Source of the DNA: Octopus sinensis
Lineage: Eukaryota
Reading direction: 5' to 3'
Length of the DNA stretch: 64,000 nt
Assembly: GCF_006345805.1 (NCBI RefSeq)
Contig: NC_042999.1
Coordinates: forward strand, 92,008,001 to 92,072,000
In this document: in pieces, positions 42,044 to 55,839 of the stretch
How positions within the stretch are numbered: the first letter of the stretch is position 1
Layout: every line of letters starts with the position of its first letter
Notes under the pieces: generated by a model
Database searches by the model: none
Told to the model about the DNA's origin: nothing
What the model saw: the letters and a program-made list of their open reading frames with translations, nothing else
Made by a program: the position numbers and the translations under genes

Positions 42044-42262
42044 GTGTACAGATATTGTATATTGAGAAAAAGGAGGCAGTCAGAATTTTGGATAATTCTT
42101 TATTAGTGATTTCGTTCGTTTAAATAAACTCTTCAAGACAAAAATTAAAACCATTTCGCTTTTAATTTTTGTCTTGAAGAGTTCATTTAATCGAACGAAA
42201 GCGCTAATAAAGAATTATCCAAAATTCTGACTGTTTCTTCTCAATATACAATATCTGTACAC
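42044..42262. repeat. About 220-bp fold-back palindrome with a minimal hammerhead-like motif in each arm
   Basis: Arms 42044-42150 and 42160-42262; right arm CTTGAAGA-GTTC..GAAC-GAAA-GCGC-TA. Confidence 0.85.
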
Positions 42263-42316
42263 AACTGTAATGTATGTATGTATGTATGTATGTATGTATG
42301 TATGTATGTATGTATG

Positions 42317-42349
<33 letters not shown>

Positions 42350-42949
42350 GAATACAGAGAGAGAGAGAGAGAAAGAGGGAGTGAGAAAGAAAAATGGGGA
42401 GAAATGGAGAGAATTGTTAGTGCTTCTATTATCAAAGAGAGGTTTATCGCCTGCGATTTTGAGTGTTCTGAAAGCATAGATGCTAGGATAAGGACAAGGT
42501 GAAAACAAGGTTCGGAGAGATATTTGTTCCGCTGACAATGAAATGATTCATGGTCCAAAAGATGCGCTGTGTCCCTGTCCAAGGCACTTCAATTCACGTT
42601 CCTCCAGTCCAGTCCGCTGAAAAAATGAAAGATGTGAACCATTGCTGTGCAAATTCTCGACTTTTTGCTGTCACATGGGGGATGTTCCTCTGGTTCCAGG
42701 GTAGGAAAGTCGAGAGGGTATCCATGTCCATAATTTGTGAAAGAAGAGTCCTTCTTTCCATGTATGTATGTATGTATGTATGTATGTATGTATGTATGTA
42801 TGTATGTATGTATGTATGTATGTATGTATGTATGTATGCAAATATGCATGCATGAATTTATGAACTTTTCTTCTCTTAATTGCTTGGCAACAAGGTTGTG
42901 AAATAAGTATCTTTTGTTGTTCATCATCATTTAAACCTTACGAAGGTCT

Positions 42950-43520
42950 TAGATTCTTACTGACCGAGATATCGTGATTATTTGTAGTGTATGAATCAAG
43001 GTTCTCTTTTTAAGAACCCAAACTAAGTCGTAATTTGCTGGTACGTTGGTGAATTGGTATATATCCTGCTGCTCCAATAATAGTTACGATGCTGAAAGTG
43101 TATCTTAGATACTGTATTTGTGAACACTTAACGGTTCATAGATGGCCGCTTTCTCCTTTATGTTTTCGGACCACGTTGGTGTGCGGAGCGCAGCTGATTT
43201 CCACAAGAGAGCATATCTTTTTCTAATGATCACACACAACAATATCTGACCCTCTGTGTATCTTGGTAGCTGTTTTGATCTTTAAGTTCCAAAAATATTC
43301 TTTTGACCCATCAGTCTCATTACATTCGACTTCGTCTTTTGTTGTTGCCTTTCTTTTATTTTTTGTCTTTCGTCGTGAGGCCCGGCTAAGGGTGAGTCAT
43401 GTCTCATGTGGCCCGCTTCTCAAAGCAGTTCTCCCAAACGTGGTTTACAATATATTCGGGGATAAGGTTTTGGATTACAATATACGATTTAGAATCAAGG
43501 GTGAGTTATGTTAATCATAG
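42950..43520 (-). mobile_element. Decayed RLE-type LINE 3' fragment (divergent family)
   Basis: KEYFWNLKIKTATKIHRGSDIVVCDH*KKICSLVEISC resembles the RLE PD-(D/E) region. Confidence 0.6.
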
Positions 43521-43624
43521 AAGAGGAGAATTAAAAAAATTGAATTTGTGTTTGTTGGAGAGGATCATTATCACATTACTCCGGCAAATATGTTGCATAT
43601 TATTGATATCTATCTTTTATCATT

Positions 43625-43973
43625 TACTTATTTCGGTCATTAGCCTGCGGTCATGCTCCGGCACCGCCTTGAATTTTAAGTCGAATGAATCGACCCCAGT
43701 ACTTATTTTTAAGCCTAGTACCCAATCTATTTGCCGAACCTCTAAGTTACGGGAATGCAAACACACCAACACCAGTTGCCAAGCAGTGGTGAAGGGTAAC
43801 AGAGACAGACATATACACATGGGATTCATTCAGTTTCCATCTATCAAGTCCCCTCACAAGGTTTTGGTCAGTCCGAGGCTATAGTAGAAAACACTTGCCC
43901 AAGGTGCCACGCAGTGTGACTGAACGTGGAATCATGTGGCTGGGAAGCAAGCTTCTTACTACACAACCACGCC
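43625..43973 (-). mobile_element. CORE-type SINE
   Basis: Homolog of 35702-36106. Confidence 0.8.
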
Positions 43974-44304
43974 TATATATTATAAAAATATATATTGTGC
44001 ATGTATCACATTCAGAACCCTTTTGTGTGTGTATGTGTGTGTATGTGTGTGTGTGTGTGTTTCAAAAAGAATCCAGATATGACCATTCCATTTTTCTATA
44101 TTACCAGGGATTAGATTATCAAATGCATTCTTTAAGATTAAGGGAAGATTTTACTTCTGTTTCTAGCAGATCAGACAAATCCATCATATACACAACGAAT
44201 GTATCACAAAGCTGTACAATAAAAGAAATTCGAAACAATACATCAATGGTAGCATATGTTGAATTAATTTATTTTACGAAAACTAATTACTCTACATATA
44301 CTCA

Positions 44305-44476
44305 TTAGCATCGCCTCCTCCTCCTTCTCCTCCTCCTTTTCTTCTTGCAGCGTCTACTTTTCCTCTTGTGTCTTCTTCTTTTTGCATCTTTCGGTGAAAT
44401 AAATCGATACTTTTTGCAACCGCATTTGGCGCAGCGTGCTTTAATGGCGAATACGCCATTCCGTAACCTTACGAGT
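44305..44476 (-). CDS. Candidate terminal exon: CxxC zinc-ribbon half (DUF5679-like) plus Arg/Lys-rich protamine-like tail
   Basis: Pyrimidine tract and CAG acceptor (AG at 44478-44477); LVRLRNGVFAIKARCAKCGCKKYRFISPKDAKRRRHKRKSRRCKKKRRRRRRRRRC; TAA TGA double stop; AATAAA about 32 nt downstream. Confidence 0.65.
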
Positions 44477-44562
44477 CTGTCGAATGACATATGAAAAAAC
44501 ATAAAATATATATATATGAATACTATGGTTCGGCAAATTGACCTACTAAGTGAAGTCAACTA

Positions 44563-44564
<2 letters not shown>

Positions 44565-44593
<29 letters not shown>

Positions 44594-45194
44594 CATACAT
44601 ACATACATGCATGCATACATACATACATACATACATACACGCACACACACACATATATATATATAATATATATATAAAAAATATATATAATATATATATA
44701 ATATATATATATAATATTATATAATATATATTATAATATATATATAATATAATATATAATATTATAATAATAATATATATAATATATATATAATAATATA
44801 TATATATATATATATATTATATATAATATATATATATATTATATATATATATAATATATATATATATATATAATATATATATATTATATATATATAATAT
44901 ATATATATATAATATACTTTATAATTTATGCGTCTAATACCGTAATAACGAATTTTTTAGAGATTTCTATCGGTTTGTTTCGAGACGCATAAATTATAAT
45001 GGTTATCGACATTTTTTGTTTCGGCATATTTGGCATTAGAATTTTTCTTCTGCCCTTATCTTGTAAATTATGTATAAATTTACCTTTAAAGGCGGTTTTT
45101 TGATATGCTGGCCATTGATAAAATTTTTTTCCCAAAAAAAGTTATCCTATATTAATTATATAATTATAATATATATATATATATATATATTAAA

Positions 45195-45249
<55 letters not shown>

Positions 45250-45400
45250 TAACATATACATATACATACATATACATATATATTATATAAATATATAATA
45301 TATTATATATATATATATTATATATATATAATATTAATATATAATATAATATAATATATAATAATGTATAATATATTATATATTATATTTATAATAATGT
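44565..45400. repeat. (CATA)n and irregular (TA)n tracts around a 200-bp unique island (44925-45135)
   Basis: Direct reading; the irregularity suggests low consensus quality. Confidence 0.9.
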
Positions 45401-45542
45401 TTAAAGTGTGTTACGTGTTTATGAGTTTTAAGCTTCAATTAGCCGTTTTGAAACTGAAAAATGGTAGTTTTACTGGTTGCTTAAATAGCAAAAAATTTAG
45501 ATAGCATAGATATATATGAAAAAAAACAAAAAAACATTGTAC

Positions 45543-45595
<53 letters not shown>

Positions 45596-45734
45596 TAATG
45601 AGAAAAAGAAGAAGAAGAAGAAGAAGAAGAAGAAGAAGAAGAAAGAAGAAGAAGAAGAAGAAGGAGAAGGAGGAGGAGGAGGAGGAAGAAGCTGAAAAAC
45701 GAAAGAAAGTTAAAAGTATAAATAAATAAGTACA

Positions 45735-46058
45735 ATCGACCCCAGGACTTACTCTTTGTAAGCCTAGTACTTATACTATCGGTCTCTTTTGCCGAAGCGC
45801 CTAGTTACGGGGACGTAAACACACCATCATCGATTGTCAATCGATGGTGGGGGGACTTACAGAGACATACAAACACTCACACACACACACACATATACGA
45901 CGGGCTTCTTTCAAGTTCCGTCTTTCAAGTCCACCCACAAGGCTTTAGTCGGTCCGAGGCTATAACAGAAGACGCTTGCCCAAGGTACCACGCAGTGGGA
46001 CTCAACCCGGAGCCATGTGGTTGGTAAGCAAGCTACATACCACACAGCCACCCCTGCA
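45735..46058 (-). mobile_element. CORE-type SINE
   Basis: Homolog of 35702-36106. Confidence 0.82.
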
Positions 46059-46499
46059 CATATATTCTGTGTGTGTATGTGTGTATGTATATATATGTGT
46101 GTATATATATAAATGTGTGATTGTATGTGTGTGTATATATCTATATACGTGTGTATGTGTGTATATGTATATATGTACATATATGTGTACTTGTGTTTAT
46201 ACATATCTGTGTGTGTATGTACATACACACACGCGGCCTTCGGGCTAAAATATTTTAAAGGATTTTAAGGATTTATATAGATTCAAATGAATATGGTACT
46301 TAAGTTAGATGCACCAGAATTTTGTATGGTGTTATCCATATAAATCCATGGGGTGATTATAATCAAAATAAGCAACAATAATAACTTCGGTAATTTGGTA
46401 CGATCGTTTCACGCTACATCATTTTATTAAATGTTGTAAGTATTACAACAGTTTTAAAATGCTGAGCAATCATCAGCCATTTATAGAGGTTTTCCATTA

Positions 46500-47190
46500 A
46501 TACATAATTTTCATATCAAATGCTTCATTTGGCTGTCTCAACACGTATAGGCGGCCGGTGGTCAGAAATAACGTAAAGGATGACTCATCCGAGAAAATAA
46601 CATTCTTCTATTGCTCTAGGAACCAATTCTGTAGGTTTTTACTCCACACTAAATGCATTGCAACATTTGTTTTTGAAAGTACTGGTTTTCTGATTTGCAG
46701 CCCTCCCGTGAAATCCGGCTTTGTGCAGCTCCCGGCGAACAGTTTTTGTAGAAACTGGTTTCTCGAGGTGGTCCTTAAGCTCTGCAGAAATTTGGGGAGC
46801 TGTACTTTTGTGATCCTTTCTAACAATTCGCCCAAGAGTCCGACGGTCCCTATCTGAAAGTTTTGGTTTTCTTCTGGAGTTTTGTTTCGACGACGAGGCT
46901 TTTCCCTCTTTCTCAAAGGCCGTCATTACTTACTTGATAATGCCTAACATTTCAACTGTTTTCATTACGCTCGTACCTGCCATATGAGTACCACCAATTT
47001 GACCTCATTGAATGTCTCCAATAGACCTGTCATTTTAATGAATTTTAATTACTTTTTGCTGATATCTGAAAAGAAACAGCAATTTTAGCAAAACATATTA
47101 AGCAGCACTAATAATAAATCAAAAAACAAAAATAAACTAGCTTTTGACGGTTTTATAGATATTTCGAAATTATGACGCTATGATGCCTAT
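46500..47190 (-). mobile_element. Tc1-like transposon 5' fragment
   Basis: RKPKLSDRDRRTLGRIVRKD..VSTKTVRRELHKAGFHGR and IFSDESSFTLF (first catalytic D). Confidence 0.85.
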
Positions 47191-47289
47191 ATATGTATGT
47201 ATGTATGCATGTATTATGTATGTATGTATGTATGTATGCATGCATGCATGCATGCATGTATGCATGTATGCATGTATGTATGCAACATT

Positions 47290-47545
47290 CCGTCTCCACT
47301 GTGGCATATCATTTTGAAGCTGAACGATAGAGAAAAGAAGGGAAATGACTAAAAAGGAAATGGAGGCTGCATCAACCAAACCCTCTACAACCGATCCCTT
47401 GTGAACTTTGCAACAGACGCTGTGATGCAAGAATCGGCCTCATTAGTTATCAGAGGCATAAGATAAGCATGGACAGAGATGAAGAAGCAGTCAAGAAGGA
47501 GCTAAATATGTTATCGGAGACACGATAAAACGCAGATGACGACAT
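47290..47545 (+). mobile_element. RTE-clade LINE 3' end
   Basis: IPCELCNRRCDARIGLISYQRH, like the C-terminal zinc finger of RTE/BovB ORFs. Confidence 0.65.
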
Positions 47546-47949
47546 ATATATAGTTTTTCTTCTATCATTTTATATCTTACATTATAAAAGGGAAGCTGAT
47601 CTCCCTCTGCCTGTCCGTAACATCTTTTTTAAGGAGAAATTTTTGGAGGTACAGGGAGTGATACGTGGAGGAAAAAGGCAGATATAACCCCTACTGGCCG
47701 TGCCGTACGAGGCACATCATACATAGTTTCAGTAATAATGGCCATACCGTTGCTACGCACGGTCAACCAGAGTATATATGACATAATTTTGCTCTTTTTG
47801 GGGGTGGCGGAATGTTGTTTATCCTGAAGTTATAGTACGAGATATTCTTCGCATATTCTGTAGAATATGAAGGAAAATAAATGTTATTGTTCAACAGTAT
47901 TCGAACTGTAACTAATGTTCGCAAAGAAAGTCAGTCAACATCATTTGCA

Positions 47950-49450
47950 CAATTTATGAAATTACGTGCATGATATAGAAATATTCTTATCAGAGTAATG
48001 GAAATCGCAAACTTGTATTTTGAAGATATGATTTTCTAATAAAGAAGGGCTATTAATAGCAACATCTTTCCAATGTACACTTCCAATATATTTTGTCATA
48101 TATTACAACCAGGTACTTTATTTAGATACTGACGACTGGTATAGACACCGGTAAAATAATGTATATATAATCTGATGTCAATACATACAAGTTTGAAACA
48201 ATGGGAGAGTAAGTTATTTTTTATTTTCCATAGTCATGAAACTGTATGCTAACTTTATGAAGATATGATTTTTAAATGAGGAACTTAAATGATCTGTTTA
48301 GATGTTAGATCTCTTAAACACAATATTCATTTGACCTCATTCCAGTACATAAAAAGAATTGCTTGATATGCCTATACAAACTGGAGGAAGCTTGCCAGAA
48401 ATTTAACTTGGAAAGTGATGCACATTTTATTTAAAAGCAGCTTTTAGAGTGGTCGCAGTCACACACTCTCCAAGCAGAATTAAAAGGATCGACTTTGCTA
48501 TTTTTTCCTATGTCTATTCCCTACCCAGTCTTCATAGTCCTCAGCAACTTTAGCATTAATACTTGAGCAGTGTGATAGAAGTATACCGCAATCTATCAGG
48601 CACTACAAATGCAACTCTTAATCGAGAGACTCTTTTGGCAACAAGCTTTGATATTCAACGAAGGATGATGCCGGATCAAGCAAGTTTGATGAACCTGAAT
48701 ATAGTAAAAAGTTTGTTTGCTCAAGCAGTAGCTTTTACAGTGCCCTTATCTTGAATCTCTGCAGCGTTGTCCACAGATATCAAGACTGCTCATTCTGTTT
48801 TTAAGTTGCGCACAATGACAGTCCAGTCTACAATATTGGCAAACAATCTAAAGAAGACATCCTAAAGATAGCTAAGCAGAAAGTTTGGGCTGAGTGCACA
48901 ACGTCTCACTGACATGTTTCAAAGAATATTTTCATGTAGTGCTTTTTAAAATCTTATTTGCACATATTTTTATTGCAATTCGGATGAATCTGCGAAGTAT
49001 AATTTGTCATGCTTTCTTTGACGTGTGATGCTTTTGAGACAAATTCTATTCATTTGTTTAAAATTGCGAATTAGTAAATTATATATTTATATATTTCCCT
49101 TCAATTCTGCGTTGATTATGTAACACTAAAATAACCTAGAGGTTTTCGTGACAGATGTATTGTATTCAGTAAGACTTTCTGGAGTGGACATTTCTTGCGC
49201 TGCAATTTTCATCTAAAAACAGATATCTTCTCGCTCAATTCATGAGCAAAAGAATCACATGTTAGTAACTTGGATTTGTTGGTTCCAGCTACAACAACTC
49301 AGGGTGACTGTCACCAGGACCTGTCGATAATTCAAGGGAAAACACAGTTTCACCGGAAACTGAAGGCACTTGACCTACAATGGCGTATTAGAAAAATGCT
49401 CTGAATGAAATCGCCCATCTTGATACAACTTGTCTTAACAATGACCTCGA
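47950..49450 (-). pseudogene. Possible ancient hAT transposase relic
   Basis: Weak remnants only (ILPVS near 48150, resembling the hAT dimerisation domain); many stops. Confidence 0.3.
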
Positions 49451-50760
49451 TCATACAAGATGTAAAAAATTTTGATTTTTGGTGTATTTAAGTTTTGTCG
49501 TAACATAATGGGGACCTCTTTCATTTATAGTCAGCGAGGCGTGGAAGTAGCGGAATGAAGAGAATTGTGGAATCTGTTAAACAGTAGCATTGATGACGTC
49601 AGCTACGGAGCAAACTGGTTTACATCATTTAGGTAAGGGTGGTACCTGTTGAATACTGGTGGCAATAATACCCTGTGCGATGTAATCTTAGGAAGAATGA
49701 TACGTTCAGGAAGTGTTATTTTGGAGATGAATATTGAACAACTGAAGTAAAACTGGAAAAAACTGGTCAGCTCAAGCATGGCGCACTCGTGTTAGTAGAG
49801 CGATGAAATTTTCCTATCGTTTGCCAAATTCATTTGATTTTAAGTGGAATTTATCCGTGGTCTTGCTATCGGATTAGTTCTTGAAAAAGTATGGTTTCCA
49901 GTGCATACACTGGATTACATTTTACACTTACTTATTAATGTCATTTCGATGTTTAGATCTGCCGTCGCTGGGATATAAAGTGACCAATGGTAATAAAGAT
50001 CTCTCCGTGAGAAAGCCTTATTTTTCTTCACTTCATTTCCGAATGCCCGAGAATCCAATGGTTTCTATTTAATGCCTACGAAAGGTAACTATTTCTATAT
50101 GCATTTATGCATTGTGTGTGTGCATATGTATGTATGTATTATGTATGTATGTATGTATGTATGTATGTATTATGTATGTATGTATGTATGCATGCATGCA
50201 TGTATGTATGTGTGTATGTAAGTATGGATACATTCATACAACACGGAATTTTGTCAGTAAACAGGTCGCGGTCTCAAAGCGACGAAAATATTTTGGCGAA
50301 TTAAATTTAAATATTGAAATGAATCTAACGGTTTTTGTGCGTTTTTAAATGGTTTATAAGCACATTCCACGCTGCAATTATTTTTGTTTCAGCACCCGAT
50401 CTCAGATTCAGATCACTTGCTATGCAAGTACATCTCCGTATATATGTATGAATTTTTTCTTCGGTGAAGCACAACGCATAACGCTATAAAGAATAGAGTG
50501 TAAAAAGGGTTTTCCAAGTCAATATTTCCTTGCTAGTTTTCATAACTGTATGTGCCTAGGGAATGTGCCTTAAGAACCATTATTTAACGAAAGTATTATT
50601 CCGTGGTCTCCCGAAAATTAATGATATTCTTTTGGTCTCATATTTATATACATATATACATATACATATATTCAAACATACATATATACATGTATATTAT
50701 GTATGTTTGTGTGTGTGTGTGTTTGTGTGTTATGTATGCATATTATACTTATATACATAC

Positions 50761-50806
<46 letters not shown>

Positions 50807-50963
50807 CACATATATTATACACACATGTTTAGTGAAAAGAGGCTTGGTTCAAAAGAAAAATACATAATCACCAAATTAGTACACCGGTGTCGGGTTTTAA
50901 AACCCCAACCTGTTGATTAGGATAAATATGAAACTCTACCTACAGCGTTGGCGGGAATGGCAT

Positions 50964-51024
<61 letters not shown>

Positions 51025-51025
51025 G

Positions 51026-51056
<31 letters not shown>

Positions 51057-51204
51057 TATAGTATGTATGTATATCAGTGTGTGTCTTTGATTCTGTGTTT
51101 GTCTCGCACTACCACTTGACAACCGGTTTTGATGCGTTTACGTACCCCCAATCCAGCGGTTCGACAAAATAGATTAAAAGAATAAGTAGAAAAGTAGTGG
51201 GGTT

Positions 51205-51210
51205 GATTCA

Positions 51211-51269
<59 letters not shown>

Positions 51270-51320
51270 AGAGGAGAGGAAGAGAGAGAGAGAGGGAGAG
51301 AGGAAGAGAGAGAGAGGGAG

Positions 51321-51390
<70 letters not shown>
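51205..51390. repeat. (TA)n(GA)n(GATA)n compound microsatellite
   Basis: Direct reading. Confidence 0.97.
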
Positions 51391-51391
<1 letters not shown>

Positions 51392-53066
51392 ATATACTTA
51401 CATATACAGTACACATACATGCATAATACCAATACTTCACTGTATATCGTTACAAATATCTAAAAGCGTTTATATGTGAGTGTTTATGGTCGTATTGGTG
51501 TTTCAAATGGGCTGGCAACTGTGTTTTATGTAGATCTGTGCGGTTTTCTGTATCATTTTAGTATTGTTAGAGCGCTTTCTTGTCAGTGTGTGTGTCTATA
51601 TGTATTCAAAAGTCATATTTGTGTGATTGTTTGTGACTTTTTGCATTTTGTTTATTTGTACAACTTTTATGCTGTATGCTGTGATGTGTGTATGCGTGTG
51701 TGTGTTGTGATGTGATGTGTTTGTGCGTGAGTGTGTGCACGCGTGCGTGTGATTGTACGACTGTTCTGGAAATTTAACTATTCAAATGTTCCTTTGCCAA
51801 TTATAAAGCACGCGATTAATATGCAATTTTTACCATCACTTTATTCTGATGATGAAACCAACAATACTGAATTTCAAAATGGATTTCAAAGCAAAACAGA
51901 AGTAGTAATACGAAAATTTGTTCATTTACCCGTACTGACACACTCACATTCACACGTACACAGACAAACTGACAAACTCATACACGCGCACGTGCACTCA
52001 AAAATACATGTACTCGAAAAAGTGAACAGGTATCTACTGCTATGTATTTTGTTGTGTATTTACATGAATATATGATTATTTTTCACTAGTGTAATTATGA
52101 TCAGAATTCTCTAAGCAGTATTATAGCCCAGTCACCCCCACCCCCGCGCGTAAAGCAATACACATGATCATATAGCATTTATTTATTAACAGTAATCCAC
52201 ATGACTACATTAGGACTGGGCCCCGAAACTCAAAGGGTAACCGGATTGCTGCTCTGTGTACCCATACATCAAGACGGCACACATTGTAGGCGGGCGGCAC
52301 AGACACAGACAAAAGAAAGCTTAAGAAAAAATGGGGACACTGAAAGGCATAGTTGTGCTAAATGAAAGGAGTAAACAGGAGAAAAGGGGCAATGAGTAAG
52401 AGTTGGTGCGAGAGAAACAAACTCCCACATACTCCCCTAATAATACAAACTAGTATATGTATACATACATGTATACATTATGTCATCGTTTATTGTGACA
52501 TAAAGTGACATAATAGTAAATTTTGATAACCAGGTTGCTTCGAGTTATATCTGTTCGCAATCAAATACACACGTAAACTACGTGCACATGCACTCACACA
52601 TTCATTAACGCTATGCACACATAGATATACAGATATAGACACATCTTTCACAAAAGAACCAGAGTCACTATACGTCACAGATTTTTGTACATTCCTCGGC
52701 AGAAGCCATGAATATGAATAAATTCTAATGTGTGTGAATTGCTGTCCTTTCCGAAGATGCTAGCTCACCAACGATTTCATCAAATTATTCGATGGAGAAA
52801 ATCTTCAACAATTAAAGAATTTTCAACCCAATGAAATATAAAAACGATCTATGTAAAATTTTCTTTAATAATTAAGTCATTTTGGATCTAAAGCTTTCAA
52901 GTATTTTTAATAATGAACTTGGATCTGTTCAATCTCAGTCACAGATTTTTTAATTATTTTTTTTTTTAACTAAACAGTTTGAAACTTCGGATACTGGTTG
53001 AATGTGCCACGTAGAACACCGCTTACTCCTAACGTTTTTTGACAAAATTTTGTATTTTAGAAGTTA

Positions 53067-53440
53067 CTAGCAGTATCGCCCGGCGTTGCTCAGGTTTGTA
53101 AGGGAAATAACTTTAAAGCATTTTAGAGAGTTATAGCCAAAAATAGCAAAAAAATGGAAAAAAAATGATGGTATCTTTTTTTTGAGAGTAAAAAAGGTGG
53201 AGTTGCGTCCCCCTAGACAGTTTGCGGTTGTGTTTCTGATTCTCACCCCATGTCGAATTTATCGATTTTTTTCAGACTGGGGGAACTTTTCAAAATTTTC
53301 GCTGCGTTAGTTTTGAATTATGACTTGGGCTATGTTGTGTCAAGTTATCAGAATCGGTTGAAAGCGTGGTCAGGGTAGGGTACAAGCAACCAGACACACA
53401 GAAACACGCACAGACAAACTGCCGTTTATATAGAGAGAGA
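53067..53440 (-). mobile_element. Non-autonomous Helitron
   Basis: Minus strand starts TC, ends with hairpin CCTGAGCAACGCCGGG then CTAG; inserted between A and T with no TSD. Confidence 0.78.
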
Positions 53441-54534
53441 TTTCGTGTTAAATTTGTCGTATTTGGGTAATTTTAATCAGGCAAGGATGTATATTCAGCT
53501 GGAGAAAGTTACTGGTGTTGTTTTCGAACAACAACTTTCGGGTCCATTGACAAAACGATGAATCCACAACAGAAAAATTTTAACAAAACCCTTTTTTAAT
53601 AACCAGAAATGTTTTTATAGCAACTTATATGAGAATGTGTCCATGTATCTATCTATCTATCTATCTATCTAGCTAGCTAGCTAGCTATCTATCTATCTAT
53701 CTATACTCATACACACACATTAATAATAGGCAGAAGTTACAGAGTGACAATGGCCAAATTCGTGTTTGATAAGTGCCAATACACGAGACTCTCAGCTTTT
53801 GACTTACTTTCTAGCTTCTGCCGATGATATACATACATTATATATAAGTGTAAAACAAATCTCAGCACGCAATCGAACCAATGAAAGAGCCTCTACCTGG
53901 TCGCTGGACACACTGAAAATAGCAGTCAAAGTACCCCCTACCTAAATCACATGCCGATTGTACGTAATGTCCTAGATCATCCCTGAAAAGACGGTTTTCT
54001 GGGAGCTGGAATGTCTTTGATGATAGGTTTGCTGCATCAGGGTTGATCTGAGGCTAAATAACAACAAAATTATTACTGAGATAGACTAACGATGGAGCTT
54101 GTATGTGGTTGCATGATCTGCTAGAAAAAGTAGCCATACATTAAAGATACATGAAGTGCTGTCACATTAAGTTTTGTATTTCAGTGCTATACTGTACTAT
54201 ACAGAGTCTTCACGCAGAATTTGAATCCTGTGTTGGAATTTAATCAGCCATATTGAGACGAAACGATAGATGAGTTTCAATTCTGTTTTGATATCATTAG
54301 TGACTGACTAACCTAATTAACTCTCTCCAGCAACATCGCTCATTAAATCACAATTACTGAAGGGTTAAAAATAATCGAATGAACTGATTTGCGTTTTAAC
54401 GCATTCTCGGAAACTGGCTTGCGTAATAAATTGTGGTTTATTAATGGTGATTACTTCTATATTTCCAGAAGATGTGAAACCAAAACTGCTTTGTAATATT
54501 TTAATTGGTATATTCTTTTATTCTTTTATTTTTT

Positions 54535-54882
54535 TACTTGGTTCACTCATTTGACTGCGGCTCTGCTGGAACACCGCCTTGAAGGTTTTCTAGTCGACGA
54601 AGAAATCGACCCCAGGACTTATTATTTGTAAGCCTAGTACTTATTCTATCAGTCTATTTTGCTGAACCGCTAAGTTACGAGGGGGCAAACACACCAACAT
54701 CGGTTGTCAAGTGATGGCGGCGGAAGAACAGACATAAAGACAAATACACATATCTATATATATGTATATATACAAATTATTTAATTTTATAAATACGAAT
54801 ACACTTTGTATTAATTTTTACCTAAATTGTTTTTTACATGCTAGCTACTTGATAACATCCTATATAGGTTTTATCCTGATTA

Positions 54883-54941
<59 letters not shown>

Positions 54942-55098
54942 CACAGGCTTCTTTCAGTTTCCGTCTACCAAATCCACTCACAAGGCTTTGGATGGCCCGA
55001 AGCTATAGTAGAAGACACTTGCCCAGGGTGCCACACAGTGGGACTGAATCCAGAACTATGTGGTTAAGAAGCAAGCTTCTTACCACACAGCCACGCCT
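54535..55098 (-). mobile_element. CORE-type SINE with expanded internal AT tract
   Basis: Tail 54535-54750 and head 54945-55098 match the 35702 family. Confidence 0.82.
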
Positions 55099-55839
55099 GT
55101 GGGGTAGGTTTATGAACAGAGTTCATGTAGAGATTTAAGGAAGTTACTCGGTCGCTAATTAAATTCCAATACAGGATTCAAAGTAATCCAGATCAGTCTG
55201 ACAGGATTCAATCGTGTTGAGATAACCAGAGACTGAGGCACGTGCATATGTATGGGTGACGCATGCATAGGTGTATATGCCTGAGCGTGTGCGTTTTGAG
55301 TTTGTCTGTGCCATCTGTGGAATCAAACGGCTTGTATCCCTTATGATACTGGTTACGTAATTAAAACAGTTCCTTTATTTTCCTATTTTGCCTCTAGTCA
55401 GACGATAAACTAGAAAAAGCAGTGCGGTCGACATAATCCGCTGACTTTTAAGTCCTAATCTGTTGATGAAAACCAATAAAGAAAAATAGTAAAATATAAC
55501 TATGTATGCTTAGTCTGATAAAGGCCAAACGTAAAATCTTATTGCATTTACCACCTCGATTATTTGCATATATTAACAATAGCAACATAATAAATTTGAA
55601 ACAATAAAACTAGCATTGCATGTCGATTACTTTATTCATCGAAAAATATTTCAACATGGATTCATTAAATCGTCCTCCACTTCCTTGCAAACTTCGGTGA
55701 AACAAATTTATATTTTAACGACGTGCACATAGAGCAGCCTCCTTTCAGTGCGCAAACCCCATTCTGTAACCTCACAACTCTGTCAATAGATGTTATAATA
55801 AACATAAGATAGAAATACGAGAATAATTTTATCTATACA

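Noticed and set aside
45545-45700. (TAA)n(GAA)n(GGA)n as an acidic or basic coding exon
   Set aside because: Simple repeat without splice or ORF support.
52200-52245. GAAAC...GTA hammerhead half
   Set aside because: The CUGANGA core is absent.
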